Counted from the first letter of the stretch, positions 25,005 through 37,820 are shown. The stretch: 64,000 bases of DNA from Chiloscyllium plagiosum (GCF_004010195.1 NC_057749.1:8682293-8746292), one strand, 5' to 3'. The notes: a model not told the origin generated them from the sequence alone. Numbers and translations are program-made.

Positions 25005-25410
25005 TTAACTTTTAATGGGATGTGTCTGGGACAGCGTTTATTGCTCGTCGTTAATTGCCCCGGAGAAGATGATGGTTAGCTGCCTTCTTGAACCACTGCA
25101 GCCCGTGTGGTAGCTGGACTCCTCCCAGGATTATGAGGGAGGGACTTCCAGGATTTTGACCCACTGACGATGAAGGAACAGTGATACAATCCCACATGAG
25201 GATAGAATGTGGGTATGGAGTTTGCTGTAAATAGAGTCCTTGTGCAAAACGACCACGGCCTCCCAATCCAGGCTTCCTCCTGGACAATTTCGCCCCGTAC
25301 AGAATATCTATACCACATGAATTGTAGCTGTTCAAGAAAGCTTACCTTCCCAAGTGAAATTAGGAATGAAAAATAAATATTGGCCCGGCTAGCAAAACAC
25401 ACATTTCACA
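25005..25410. mobile_element. 3' fragments of a second CR1/L2-like LINE family
   Basis: gctgccttcttgaaccactgcag...ggacttccaggattttgaccca. Related at 13380-13770, 36775-37055, 58605-59190 and 59990-60375. Confidence 0.6.
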
Positions 25411-25557
25411 AATAAATTGTAAAATAGCTGTGACCCCCTCAATTTCAGACTCCCCGATATCTTGTTTTTATTATGGAGAAAGAAATATTGAACAAAGGGA
25501 GCTAGGAATTCAGGTACATAGTTCTTTAAAAGCTGTGTCACAGATAGGCAAAGTGGT

Positions 25558-25878
25558 AGGGGTGGCACAGTGATTAACACACTACCTCACAGTGCTGGGG
25601 ACCTGGGTTCGTTTCCTACGTCTGGCAACTGTCTGTGTGGCGTTTGCATGTTGTCCCCATGTTTACGTGGGTTTCCTTCAGGTGCTCTGGTTTTCTCCCA
25701 CAATCCAAAGATGCCAGTCAGTTGAATTGGCTATGCCAAATCGCCCATACTGTTAGATGCATTAGTCAGGGGTAAATATAGGGTTGGGGAATGGATCTGC
25801 GTGGGTTACTCTTTGGAGGGTCAGTGTGGACTGGGTGGCCCAAAGGGCCTGGTCCCATATTGTAGATAATCTAATCTT
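25558..25878 (+). mobile_element. V-SINE inserted in a CR1 fragment
   Basis: Head, V-domain and tail, with CR1 ORF2 sequence on both sides. Confidence 0.9.
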
Positions 25879-26178
25879 AAAAAGTCAGTTAGCAAGCTTG
25901 CCTTCATTGCTCGGACTTTTGTGTATAGGAATTGGGATGTCATGTTAAGGTTGTATAAGGTTGTTTAGTGGGCAGCACGGTGGCACAGTGGTTAGCACTG
26001 CTGCACTGGGTGGCCCAAAGGGCCTGGTCCCATATTGTAGATAATCTAATCTTAAAAAGTCAGTTAGCAAGCTTGCCTTCATTGCTCGGACTTCTGTGTA
26101 TAGGAATTGGGATGTCATGTTAAGGTTGTATAAGGTTGTTTGTGGGCAGCACGGTGGCACAGTGGTTAGCACTGCTGC
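25830..26178 (+). repeat. 175/174-bp tandem duplication
   Basis: 25830-26004 vs 26005-26178: one substitution and one indel seen. Confidence 0.95.
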
Positions 26179-26455
26179 CTCACAGCGCCAGAGACCCAGG
26201 TTCAGTTCCCGCCTCAGACGACTGACTGTATGGCGTTTGCACGTTCTCCCCGTGTCTGCGTGGGTTTCCTCCGGGTGCTCCCACAGTCCAAAGATGTGCA
26301 GGTCAGGTGAATTGGCCGTGCTAAATTGCCCATAGTGTTAGGTAAGGGGTAAATGTAGGGGTATGGGTGGGTTGCGCTTCGACAGGGCGGTGTGGACTTG
26401 TTGGGCCGAAGGGCCTGTTTCCACACTGTAAGTAATCTAATCTAATCTAATCTAA
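26143..26455 (+). mobile_element. V-SINE, CpG-rich and probably young
   Basis: gggcagcacggtggcacagtggttagc...(taatc)n tail. Confidence 0.92.
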
Positions 26456-26459
26456 AAGA

Positions 26460-27158
26460 AGTTGGTGAGGACATTTTGGAGTACTGTGCCTCGCTCTGGT
26501 CACCCTGTTATAGAAAGGATATTATTAAATTGAAGAGGGTTCAGAAAAGATTTACCAGGAAATTGCTGGAACTGGAAGGTTTGAGCTATAAGGAGAGGCT
26601 GGATAGGTTGGGAATTTTTTCACTGGAGCGTGGGAAGTTGAGGGGTCACCTTATAGAGGTTTATAAAATAATGAGGGGCATAGATAAGGTGAGTAGCAAT
26701 AGTCTTTTCCCCAGAGCAGGGGAATTCAAAACAAGGGGGAATATTTTAAGGTGAGAGAAAAAAGATTTAAAAAGGACCTGAGGGGCAACTTTTTCCATAG
26801 AAGGTAGTTCTTATGCAGAATGAACTGCTAGAGGAAGTGGTAGAGGCAGGTACAGTTATAGCATTCCTGATGAAGGGCTTATGCCTGAAACGTCGATTCT
26901 CCTGCTCCTCGGACGCTGCCTGACCTGCTGAGCTTTTCCAGCAACACACCCCCGACTCTGATCTCCAGCATCTGCAGTCCTCACTTTCTCCACGGTTACA
27001 ACATTTAAAAGACATTTGGGTAGATACATGAATAGGAAAGGGTAAGATGGATATGGGTCACACACAGTCAAGTGGGACTAGTTAAGTTTGAGAAACTGGT
27101 TGGCATGAACCTGTTGGACTGAGGAGTCTGTTTCCGTACTGAATGACTCTATGACCCT
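26460..27158 (+). mobile_element. CR1 3' fragment with a Penelope-derived insert at about 26862-26991
   Basis: EYCASLWSPCYRKDIIKLKRVQKRFTR. Insert flanked by acagttata and acggttaca. Confidence 0.9.
26863..26898 (+). ncRNA. Minimal hammerhead motif
   Basis: attc-CTGATGA-a-GGGC-ttat-GCCT-GAAA-cg-TC-gatt. Confidence 0.65.
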
Positions 27159-27317
27159 ATTCTTCTATCCTTCTCAATGCCTCCTCTCTCAAACCCCTCC
27201 ATAATTTTAACAGCCACTATCAGGTCAGCATTCAAATTTCTCTTTTTAATCAGAAAAAAGAGCCCAACCTGCTCAGGGTTTCCATGAAAATTTTTCGGTT
27301 GTGCTGCCATCCATGTT

Positions 27318-27849
27318 CGAGGAGAAAGTGAGGACTGCAGATGCTGGAGATCAGAGCTGAAAATGTGTTGCTGGAAAAGCGCAGCAGGTCAGGCAGCATC
27401 CAAGGAGCAGGAGAATCGACGTTTCGGGCATGAGCCCTTCTTCAGGAATGAGGAAAGTGTGTCCAGCAGGCTAAGATAAAAGGTAGGGAGGAGGGACTTG
27501 GGGGAGGGGCGTTGGAAATGCGATAGGTGGTGGAGGGGTCCAAGGACCTGCATGTCCTTGGTGGAGTGGGAGGGGGAGTTGAAGTGTTGAGCCATGGGGT
27601 GGTTGGGTTGGTTGGTCCGAGTGTCCCAGAGGTGTTCTCTGAAATGTTCCGCAAGTAGGCCGCTTGTCTCCCCAATATAGAGGAGGTACCCGATGTGGGC
27701 CTTCCCCAAGTCCCTCCTCCCTACCTTTTATCTTAGCCTGCTGGACACACTTTCCTCATTCCTAAAGAAGGGCTCATGCCCGAAACGTCGATTCTCCTGC
27801 TCCTTGGATGCTGCCTGACCTGCTGCGCTTTTCCAGCAACACATTTTCA
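27318..27849. mobile_element. Penelope-like element remnant: inverted arms around a GIY-YIG endonuclease fragment
   Basis: 15-bp TSD gctgccatccatgtt at 27303-27317 and 27850-27864. Near-perfect inverted arms of about 150 bp. Minus ORF reads LYIGETSGLLAEHFREHL...AQHFNSPSH. Confidence 0.92.
27414..27449 (-). ncRNA. Minimal hammerhead motif
   Basis: attc-CTGAAGA-a-GGGC-tcat-GCCC-GAAA-cg-TC-gatt on the minus strand. Confidence 0.7.
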
Positions 27850-28142
27850 GCTGCCATCCATGTTGGTCTTTTCATCACACTGTCCACAGAATCTACTTGG
27901 AAATATTGGAGACCAGAACTGTGTGTAGCAATTTGAAACTTCAAAGCTCATGTTGTAGCTGTGAAATCCGGGGATCAGATGGCTGGTTGACTCATTTGGC
28001 ACTGGAGGGTGATGCCAGCAACATGGGTTCAATTCCTGCACAGTCTGAGGTTATCATGTAGGATCCTCCTTCTCAGGCTCTCCCCTTGCCTGAGATGTAG
28101 TGATCACAGTAATCTCTTTCTCAAATAGGAGAGTGGGACAAT

Positions 28143-28270
28143 GAGAAAGTGAGGACTGCAGATGCTGGAGATCAGAATCGAGAGGGTGGTGCTGGAAAAG
28201 CACAGCAGGTCAGGCAGCATCCGAGGAGCAGGAAAATTGACATTTCGGGCATAAGCCCTTCATCAGGAAT
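28143..28270 (-). mobile_element. Penelope-derived short element
   Basis: gagaaagtgaggactgcagatgctgg...cccttcatcaggaat; aatgag occurs at both ends. Confidence 0.8.
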
Positions 28271-28330
28271 GAGGACTATGTTGACTTGAATGTATGAGCA
28301 GACAAAGAAAGCACATGGTGGGGTCAGTGC

Positions 28331-28368
<38 letters not shown>

Positions 28369-28423
28369 CACATTGCTAACTGACAGAGCAGTGAACCTGC
28401 ACAGTTACAATATTTGCTGTTTG

Positions 28424-28635
28424 ATGGAATGAGCTGCCAGAGGAAGTGATAGAGGCTGGTATAATTGCAACATGTAAAAGGCATCTGGATAGGTATATGA
28501 ATAGGAAGGGTTTGGAGGGATATGGGCCAAGTGCTGGCAGATGGGACTAGATTGGGTTGGGATATCTGGTCGGCATGGAGCAGTTGGGCCAAAGGGTCTG
28601 GTTCCATGCTGTTTCTATGACTCTACAACTCTATG
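28424..28635 (+). mobile_element. CR1 3' end
   Basis: WNELPEEV...FKRHLD-like segment followed by tail. Confidence 0.9.
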
Positions 28636-29044
28636 TAGATGTGAAACCAGAACAATGGATATTAGGTGACCCAGAATAAGGTCTGTCTGTCTGTCTGCTT
28701 TACATGTGAACATAAAAACAAGCACAATGCAACTTTACAATCCAGTCACAGCAGACCTGCTGGTCATTGCTAATCACACTTGGGTGAAATCACTTTCCCT
28801 AACACACATCTCAGTTAATTGCCCTCTTCCAAAAGAAAAGCATCAATGTGCTCTCATTAGTGAAGAGGTTATTGAATATTACACTTGTATTAGCAGTTAA
28901 TAATTCTTCCTTTTATCATGCAAATGCATCCAAATTCTGGACAGATTATGCAAGGTTGAAAACGGCTGAGATTTAAATGGCAGTCTGAATTGTTTTACTC
29001 ACACAGGAGACACACTTCGAGTATGTGCCAACAAAAATACTCTG

Positions 29045-29892
29045 CTACCACTTTCCTCAACTAGACCCATATCCTTGAATGTTATGGCACTTCAAGTGCT
29101 CATCCAAGTACTTTTTAAAAGTTTTGAATTTTCCCCCTCAACTACCCTCCCAGGCAGTGCATTTAAGACACCCCACCACCATCTGGGGGTGAATAGGTTT
29201 TTCCTCAAATTCTCTAAACCTCCTGCCTTTCCCTCTCAGTGTTCTCTGTTGTCTATGACCTTTCAAGTAAGGGGATACAGCTTTCTATGCACCCTCTCCC
29301 TGCCCCTCAGAATCGCATACACTGAGATCTGAGTACAGTACAGCACAGGAACAGGCCCTTCAGACTACCAAGCCTGTGCTGACACATCCTTTCTAAACTA
29401 AAATCCTTTTGCTTCTACACAGTCTGTATCCCTCTGTTCTCTGCTTATTCACATACCTGTTGAGATGCCTTTGAAACATTGCTATTGTATCTACTTTTAC
29501 CATCTCCCCTGGCAGCGCATACCACCAGTTACAGCTATATTCTTAGACTTACCCCCTTTTACCTTAAACCTTTTTTCCCTGGTAATTGACATTTCCAACC
29601 TGGGAAAAAGTCTCTGTCTATCCATTCTACCTCTGCGTCTCATAAGTTTGTTTACTTCTATCAGCTTGCCCCTTATCCTTCGACATTCAAGTGAAAACAA
29701 ACCATTTGTTCAATCTCCTCACAGTTAATACCCTCTAAACCAGGCAACATCCTGGTAAATCATTTCTGTACCCTCTCCAAAGCCTCCACCTCAATTAGGA
29801 TGCCCCCCCTTCAACCTTCTCTGCTCCAAAGAAAACAACCCAAACTTATCCAGTCTCTGTGCAGCTAAAATCTTTCCTCCCAGACAGCATCT
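29045..29892 (-). mobile_element. Nested old CR1 3' fragments
   Basis: FSLECRRIRGKLIEVNKLMR and CR1-type tails. Confidence 0.75.
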
Positions 29893-30243
29893 AGGGGCTG
29901 CACAGTGGCTCAGTGGTTAGCACTGCAGCCTCACAGTGCCAGGGACCTGGGCTTTGATTCCAGCCTCGGGTGACTGTGTGGAGTTTTCACATTCTCCCCG
30001 CGTCTGCATGGGTTTCCTCCGGGTGTGCCAGTTTCCTCCCACAGTCCAAAGATGCGCAAGTTAGGTGAATTGGCCATGTTAAATTGCCCATAGTGTTCAG
30101 GGATGTATAGGTTAGGTGCATTAGTTAGGAGTAAATGTGGAGTAATAAGGTAGGGGCATGGGTCTGGGTGAGTTGCTGTTCAGAGGGTTGGTGTGGGTGG
30201 ACTTGTTGGGCTGAATGTTTCCACACTGTGAGCATTCTATGAA
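29893..30243 (+). mobile_element. V-SINE
   Basis: Head, V-domain and tail. Confidence 0.9.
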
Positions 30244-31099
30244 CCTGGTGAATCTTTTCTGCACACTACCCGAGTACAGTCATGTCTTTCTGACACGTGG
30301 GCGATCTGTGGCTTGAACTTCACTTTCCTGCCTATCCTTTGATTCTTGACTAACAAGGGAGTCAATCTAATTCTGCCTAAAAGTTAAGTTAATGGTCCAA
30401 TCCCTTACCACTTTCTGGAGAAGAGAATTTCACAGATTCGCAACTCCAGACCTGAGACAAGAAAACATTTTCATCTTATTCGGCACTGTCAATCCCCTTT
30501 CTCCACCAACACTCCACCCCCAACCCCCAACCCCGCACTATTGCATAAATACTGCCCCTCCACACTTCACATCAGCTCTGAGGAAGAGTCATCTCGACTT
30601 GGAACATTAGCTTGCTCTCTGTCCACGGATGCTGCCTGACTCGCTGTGATTTCCAACATTTTTTAGTTTCAAAAATTCTCATTTCCTCTTAACTGGCAAG
30701 TTGTTTAGTTTTAAAGAGTGTCCCCTAGTCTAGACTCCCCCTCAGAAGGGAGATTTGCATAGGAGTGTTGTTCTTCACCCCCTCCGTCCCCTCCAACCCC
30801 AGCCTTGGCCGGGTTTAAAATTCCTGCCCGACTTTTGCAAACCTGTCAAAGGTTTACAAAATCTATTGGTTTTCTCACTCTGTTTTCCCTTTTTTTTTCA
30901 GAGGAAAGGGACCCTTGCCTGTTCAAGGGGAAACTTGTCAAACAGACATGAAGTGGCTGGGGGAAGTAAACCTACAAATGAGGCTGTAGAAACTGACAGG
31001 ATTATGAATCATTGCAGAGAGCGCGAGTTAGGGCGATACAGGCTCAATAGGTGATTGGAGAATGTAGACTATAATTAGTCCCAAGTGCAATTTCCTCTT

Positions 31100-31402
31100 C
31101 ATAGAATCCCTGCAGTGTGGAAGCAGGTCATTTAGCGCACACTAACCCTCTGAAGAGCTTCCCACCCAATCCCTGTATTTCCCATGGCTAATCCACATCT
31201 CTGCACACTTTGGGCAAATTAGCATGGCCATTCCACCTAACCTATAGACCTCTGGATGAGGAAACCAGAGCAACTAGAAGGATTCAACACACACACAGGA
31301 AGAATGTGCAAACTCCACACAGACAGTCACCTGAGTGTGGGTTTGAACCGAGGTCCCTGGCACTGTGAGGCAGCAGTGCTAACCACTGAGCCATCATGAC
31401 CC
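31100..31402 (-). mobile_element. V-SINE
   Basis: Head, V-domain and tail. Confidence 0.85.
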
Positions 31403-31414
31403 TGTTGAAGTCTA

Positions 31415-31791
31415 CAGTCGTGCCTCAACATACGAACGACCCCGTTCACGAACAAATCGGTTTACGAACAGGATAGTACGTAAAATTTTGCTTCAACATA
31501 CATACAAAATTCAAAGTACGACCGAAGGTACGAACGCAAAAAGCCCGCGTGCGACCACGTGGTTTCATTGTTCTGCTTTGCCAAGTGCTTGTTGAACGCA
31601 AAAGCTCTCGGGCCCCGCGTGATCTCATTCAGTTCGTCTTTGGCGTGCGCGCGCTGTGAACAGCGTTCGTTGCTACGTCCAAGCATTCTTACGCTATCCG
31701 AACAATGGGAAAAATTGATTCAGTTCACAAACTTTTCGGTTCGCGAACCGGGTCCCGGAAAGGATTAAGTTCGTAAGTCGAGGCGCTACTG
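31415..31791. mobile_element. Tc1/mariner superfamily (pogo/Tigger-like) MITE
   Basis: TA TSD at 31413-14 and 31792-93. 23-bp TIRs cagtcgtgcctcaacatacgaac vs cagtagcgcctcgacttacgaac (19/23). No transposase. Confidence 0.88.
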
Positions 31792-32466
31792 TATATTGTT
31801 CTCCTGACTGTTATTGTAGAAACTACTTTGATCCATTTCTAAGTGATGTGTGAAAGGTGTGGGACAAATTCAGGGCTCTATATACTTCAAAATAACTGCT
31901 GCAAGTTATAACAATGGTTTATAAGTCACTCTGCGGTATTTAAAAGGGAACAATGAGAGCTCTGCGAAATGTTCCAAAAATCCTCTAATTTTAGACCACA
32001 GGAGATCTCAGTCTTTCAGACTTAAAACTCCTGGGTTCAATACAAAGTACACTTAAAGCATAACTCCACAGGGAATTTTAAAGAAAGGCCTTCTTTCATA
32101 TTGTTAGTGCAAAACTGTAACATAAAGGGCAATTATCAGGATAATAACAGTCACTGCAAGTCATAAATAATTGACTTGGTCCAACAGTGTGAGGCACTTC
32201 ATTTGTAAAGGGTCTAGGTAATTGTAAGTAAAATCTCATTAAAAATTTATTGGGAGCAACTAGCTTTTTGTATACAACATTTAAGAATGGGTAACAGAAT
32301 GGGAGCCCTGAACAGTTTTCAGGTGCAGAAACTAAGCAATGATTGCATTTTAATTTAGGTCAAATTGTGGCTTATTTATTGATTTTAGGTTGCATTTGCT
32401 GACATCGGATTGTGTGCATACAAACAGTTCTGGGGCCATAGCTCTGGGGGAGGGAATGATCGACTA

Positions 32467-32533
32467 GGGAGAGGGAGAGGGAGAGGGAGAGGGAACAGGG
32501 AACAGGGAACAGGGAACGGGGAACAGGGAACAG
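32467..32533. repeat. (GGGAGA)n/(GGGAACA)n simple repeat
   Basis: Seen directly. Confidence 0.9.
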
Positions 32534-32744
32534 AAATTGCTGGAAAAGCCTAACAGGTCTGACAGCATCTGTGGAGAGAAATCAGAGTTAACATTCCGGT
32601 TGAGTGACCCTTCCTCAGAAAGGTTGAGATTTAGGAGGAACTAGAGAAGGGTAATGGGGTTGGAAGAGACTAGACGGGAGCATGGGCAGAGGTGGGATTT
32701 GAAGCTTGGTCTTCTAATCCATAGGTAGGGACACAGCCACTGCT

Positions 32745-33040
32745 TGGGGTGGCATGGTGGCTCAGTGGTTAGCACTGCTGCCTTACAGCTCCAGGGACCC
32801 AAGTTTGATCCTAACCTTGTCTGTGTGAAGTTTGCATGTTCTCCCCATGTCTGTGTGGGCTTCCTCCTGGTGCTTTGGTCTTCTCCCACAGTCCAGAGAT
32901 GTGCGGGTTGGCTGGGATTAGCCATGGGAAATGCAGGGTGATAGAGTAGGGAGATGGATCTGGGTGGGATGCTCTTTGGAGGGCCAGTATGAAATTGATG
33001 GGCTGAATGGCCTACTTCCACACTGTAGAGATTCTGTGAT
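32745..33040 (+). mobile_element. V-SINE
   Basis: Head, V-domain and tail. Confidence 0.88.
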
Positions 33041-33966
33041 TTTGGCTGTACTTTAAGACCCTGCCCCATAATTATGGTAGATCTTTGTAACCCTCTTGTC
33101 AGACATATTATGACACATTTCTAGAGGAGGAGGAACTTTGAGCCCAGGTTTCTCCAGGGGACACCTCCACTGTGCCACAGAATATTCTTTTTAACCACTT
33201 TATCTGCTTGGTTTTCCTACTCTTTGGAATTGGTGCTTCACCTGAACATTCTCAGTGTATACTTAAAAACTCCTCGAGCACTGACAAGTTTAGCATATAG
33301 ATTGGAGCTGCTCAATTCTCCTCACACTAATTACATGCCTGTGAGGGAAAATTCCAGCTCATTTCAAATTAGAAATGGAATGCAGTTCTGTTCAATGGAA
33401 GTGGTCCAGATCAGCACACAATTTTCTTATCGTCAGGCTGTGATAGAAAATTAAAATTTATGTCAGCCCTGACCAAGCACTTTGTTCACAAGGTTTTTTT
33501 GCTGATGTTTTAAAATGTGCTTTACTGTGTAAATGCCCAATTTCATTTGAACCAAGTGTTAGACAGATGGTACGTTGGTAAATTGGTGCGATTTCATTTT
33601 AAAATAGCAACAACATTGATAAAAGAGTCCAAACCAGGAGATTTTTGAAGGATGCTGGATTATTGCTGAGAACTGGAGAGACAAGTGACAGAATGGGGAG
33701 GCATTTTAAGCTGTGGAGTATCTAGAAAACTTTCCTCAATCTCTCCCTTTGGAAATCTTTGAGGAAGGTGCAGATTTTGGAGGGGATAGTCTTCTCAAGG
33801 AAAGAGAAGGAGACACCCAGGGGTGGTGGTGTTGTGGAGGGCTTAGTGGTAATGTTGTTCTAATCCAGAACCCCAGCAGAATATTCTGGAGGTGTGAGTT
33901 CAAATTTCATCCTGGGCAATAATTAAATCTGAATCCAAAAAAGTCTAGAATAAACAGTCCAACATT

Positions 33967-34285
33967 TGGGTGGCATGGTGGCTCAGTGGATAGAACTGCT
34001 GCCTAACAGCACCAGGGTCCCAGGTTCAATTCCAGCCTCGGGCAATTGTCTGTGTGGTGTTTGTATGTTCTCCCCGTGTCTGCATGGGTTTCCTCCGGGT
34101 GCTCTGGTTTCCTCCCATAGTCCAAAGATACGCAAGTCAGGTGAATTGACCATGCTAAATTGCCCGTACTGATAGGTGCATTAGTCAGAGGGAAGTGGGT
34201 CTGGGTGGGTTACATTTCAGAGGGTTGGTGTGGACTTGTAGGGCTGAAGGACCTGTTTTTACATAGTGGAAAATCTAATCTAATC
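33967..34285 (+). mobile_element. V-SINE nested in a second-family SINE
   Basis: Head, V-domain and tail; flanks match the 5630 family. Confidence 0.88.
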
Positions 34286-34419
34286 ATCAATTGTCATAAA
34301 AACATGTCTGGTTCACCAATGTCCTACAGGGAAGGAAATCTGCCATCCTTATCCAGTGAGATTATTACAGAAACATTCACTCAGGGGACTTAAATTGTGT
34401 GGCAACTTTAACTTTTGCA

Positions 34420-35080
34420 TTCACAGAGTCAGACGGCACAGAAACAAACCCTTCGGTCCAACCAGCCCATGCCGAACATAATTCCAAACTAAACTAGTCC
34501 CACCTGCCTGCTCCTGGCCAATATCCCTCCAAACCTTTCCTAGTCATGTATCTATCCAAATGTCTTTCAAACGTGTACTCACGTCCACCACTTCCTCAGG
34601 AAGTTCATTCTGCACGCGAACCATCCTTTGCCCCCATGACTTTTTTAAATCCCTCTCCTCTCACCTTAAAAAAAGTGACCCCTAGTCTTTAAATCCCCCA
34701 TCCTAGGGAAATGACAACTACCATTAACCCTATGTATACCCCTCATTATTTTAGAAACGTCTGGTCTACCTGGAGCTATAAATGGATCCAATCTTCCTTC
34801 CATCTTTCAAACAGTGCCCTTTTGTTTGCTATCTTATATTCCAATGTGTATAGGCCCAACCTACTAAACCTCTCCTTGTAAGACAGTCCCTCCATAACTG
34901 GTGTCAGCCGAGTGAACCTTCTCTGACTGCCTCCAACACCAGGATATCTTTCCTTAGATAAAAGGCCCAAAACTGTTCACAGTATTCCATCTGTATTGAG
35001 GGCCTTGGCTAGTTTTACCAAAACCTCCCTACTTTTATAATTCATTTCCTTTGAAACAAGGATGAACATTCCATTTGTAG
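34420..35080 (-). mobile_element. CR1 fragments
   Basis: Tail at 34420; QRRFTRLTPVMEGLSYKERFSRLGLYTLE. Confidence 0.8.
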
Positions 35081-35792
35081 TTGACTGTTAACTATCCTGG
35101 ACAATTTCAGAGGAGAAATAAGTACTAATCTAGCCAGCAATGCTCACATCACATAACTAAATTAATTTTGTTTTAGTGAACCCTGAAACACTCCGGAAAA
35201 TTCCAGAATTGACATGTTTATCCTCTCCCCACTTCCCAGCTTTGTTTTGGAATGACTGTTATCCCCGGACTATCATTGCACAAATGTTGAAAGCATTGCT
35301 CTTTCTCTTTTTGGTTGAATTTTAGCTTGAGGTTTTTTTAAAGTCCTGGGGGCGGATTGGGAAGCGTTCGCTTGAATGGTTCACTTCACTAAACCGGCAA
35401 ATTAAATCTGAGCGAATCACTTGATCAAACAGCAATGACCTTCTTAATATCTCAGTGGGAGCATGATTCGCAAGTTTATGGAGAGAAACCAATGCGTTAT
35501 CACAATGCTTACAGTGAAACGGCTGCAAAACAGCTCATCGTACCATATGGACCTACCCTTCCCTTCCCTCTCAGGAACTGGGCATTCAGCTCACTCTGCC
35601 TGATTACCATATGAGACAGCTGATGGAAGTTAATCATCTGGAAATACTTCTTCTGTCGAGAGGCTGATCTGCGTAAAATCTGCTCTTTTTGTTAAACAGC
35701 AGCTGCATGAAAATACACATTAACTTTTAATTCTCCTGTGTCTGCCTTGGTGTAACACGTCGGTATCCAAAGTGCATGCCTGTCCCGCTGTG

Positions 35793-36646
35793 TCACAGAG
35801 TCAGACAGCATGGAAACAGACCCTTCGGTCACCCAGTCCATAATCTCAAACTAAAGCTAGTCCCACCCACCTGCTTCAGGCCCATATCCCTCCAAACCTT
35901 TCCTATTCATGTTCTTAACTAAGTCTCTTTTACCTTGTAACATGCTCACATCCACCACTTCCTCAGGAAGTTCATTCCACACATGAACCACATTCTGTAA
36001 AAAAAATTGCCCTTGTGTCTTTTACTAATCTCACCTCTCAACTTAAAAATGTGCCCCCTTGTTTTGAAATCCCCATCCTAGGCAAAAAACACCTGCCATT
36101 AACCCTATCTATACCCCTCATAGAGTTGTAGTCCTAGAGTCATACTGTTCGGAATTAGAACCTTTGGTCCAGCCAGTCCATAATCCAAAATTAAACTAGT
36201 CCCAACTTCTAAACCTTTCCTATTCATGTATCCATCCAAATGTCTTTTGAACATTGTAACTGTACCCACATCCACCACTTCCTCAGGAAGTTCATTCCAC
36301 ACGCTGAGTACAAAGATTTGCCTCATATGTCTTTTCAAAATCTCTCTCCTCTCATCTTAAAAATTTGCCCCGGTCGTGAAATTCCCCATCTTACAGAAAA
36401 GACAACAACCAATAACTCTATACCTCTCATTATTTTATAAACTTCTATCAGGTCACCTCTCAACCTCCTAAGCTCCTGTGAAACAAAGTCCCAGCCTATC
36501 CAGCGAAGCACCATGGATATTCCCTTTGGATCAGTCAATGTGGGGTCAGGATCTTCCTGGCCATTGAGGCAAGGTCCAGAGGGAGGGGGAGGTGTGATTG
36601 GTTGTTGGTTGGTGTATAACTCAAACTTTATAACTCAAACCCTCCA
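35793..36646 (-). mobile_element. Two tandem CR1 3' fragments; the second carries an insert at about 36500-36616
   Basis: VWNELPEEVVDVGTVTMFKRHLDGYMNRKGLE and LRGDLIEVYKIMRG. Confidence 0.85.
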
Positions 36647-37289
36647 TTGTGCTTCCATTAAAATGTTGAATGGGATTGACTGGAATATTATAGTTCTAAT
36701 TGCTGGATATGGGATTATGCAGCTCAAAATGATTGGGTTTCAAGTTCTTCTCAGTGTGGTCTTTATCTCATTTGGTATTCACTCCCTCCACTACCAGAAC
36801 ACAGTGGCAACAAATGCATTGCATTTGCCAAGGCTTGTTCAACATCTGCAAGTTCCCGTCCAAGCCACACACCATCCCAACATGGAAACTTATATATCAC
36901 TGTTCCTCCACCAGCCTGGCTGCAGTTCGCATCCTAACAGCACTGTGGGTGTACCCACACCATGTGGACTATGGCGGTTCAAGAAGGCAGCTCAGCACCA
37001 TCTTAATGAGGGATGAGCAATGAATGACGGCCCAGTCAGTGTTGCCCACATGCCACATTTGTACAGTGTCCCCCCCCCAGTGACAGTGAACACTCTTGCA
37101 GCAAGATCCCTTCCAACCCACCTACACCAACCAACCACCACCCGTCTCCGTCTCTCTGGACCTTGCCTCAATGGCCATGGAGACCCTGACCCCTACTTTG
37201 GTCGGTCCAATGGCAATATCCATGTGCTTCTCTGGATTAGGTGCACTGTCAGTCCAGTGAAATCCCAGCCCTAATTTCGGAATAACAAA

Positions 37290-37820
37290 ACCATAAGAAA
37301 TAGGAACATGAGTAGTCCATTCAGCCTCTTCAACATATTCCATTCCTCAAATCACTTTCCTACCCTTTCCCTGTAACCCTTGATTCCCTGACTGTTGAAG
37401 AATCTACCTACCTCAACTTTAAATATACGCAAGGACGCGATATCCACAGCTCTCTGTGGCAAGGGGTTCCAAAGACTCACAACCCTCTGAGAGAAGAAAT
37501 TCCTCCTCATCTCAGTCTTAAATTGGCTCCCCTAAATTCTGAGACTGTGCCCTCTCCTTGAGTCTCCCATGAGAGGAAACATCCTCTCAGTATTTACCTT
37601 GTCAAGCTGCTTAAAAATCTGATGTGTTTCAATGAAATCACCTCTCAATCTTCTAAACTCTGGAGTGAAGTCCAACCAGTTTATCCTTTGCTCATAAGAC
37701 AGTCCCATACCTGGGATCATTCTAGTGAACCTTCCCTGAACTGACCCCATTGAAACAATGTGAAAGAAGGGGAATGAATCCATTCATAGTCCTCCAGATG
37801 TGGTCATACTAGTAGTTGCA
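37290..37820 (-). mobile_element. Older CR1 subfamily 3' fragment
   Basis: VQGRFTRMIPGMGLSYEQR...FRRLRGDFIETHQI; cataagaaataggaac tail. Confidence 0.85.

Noticed and set aside
26143..26220. tRNA gene
   Set aside because: The A and B boxes belong to a tRNA-derived V-SINE head followed by V-domain and tail. The same applies to the other copies.
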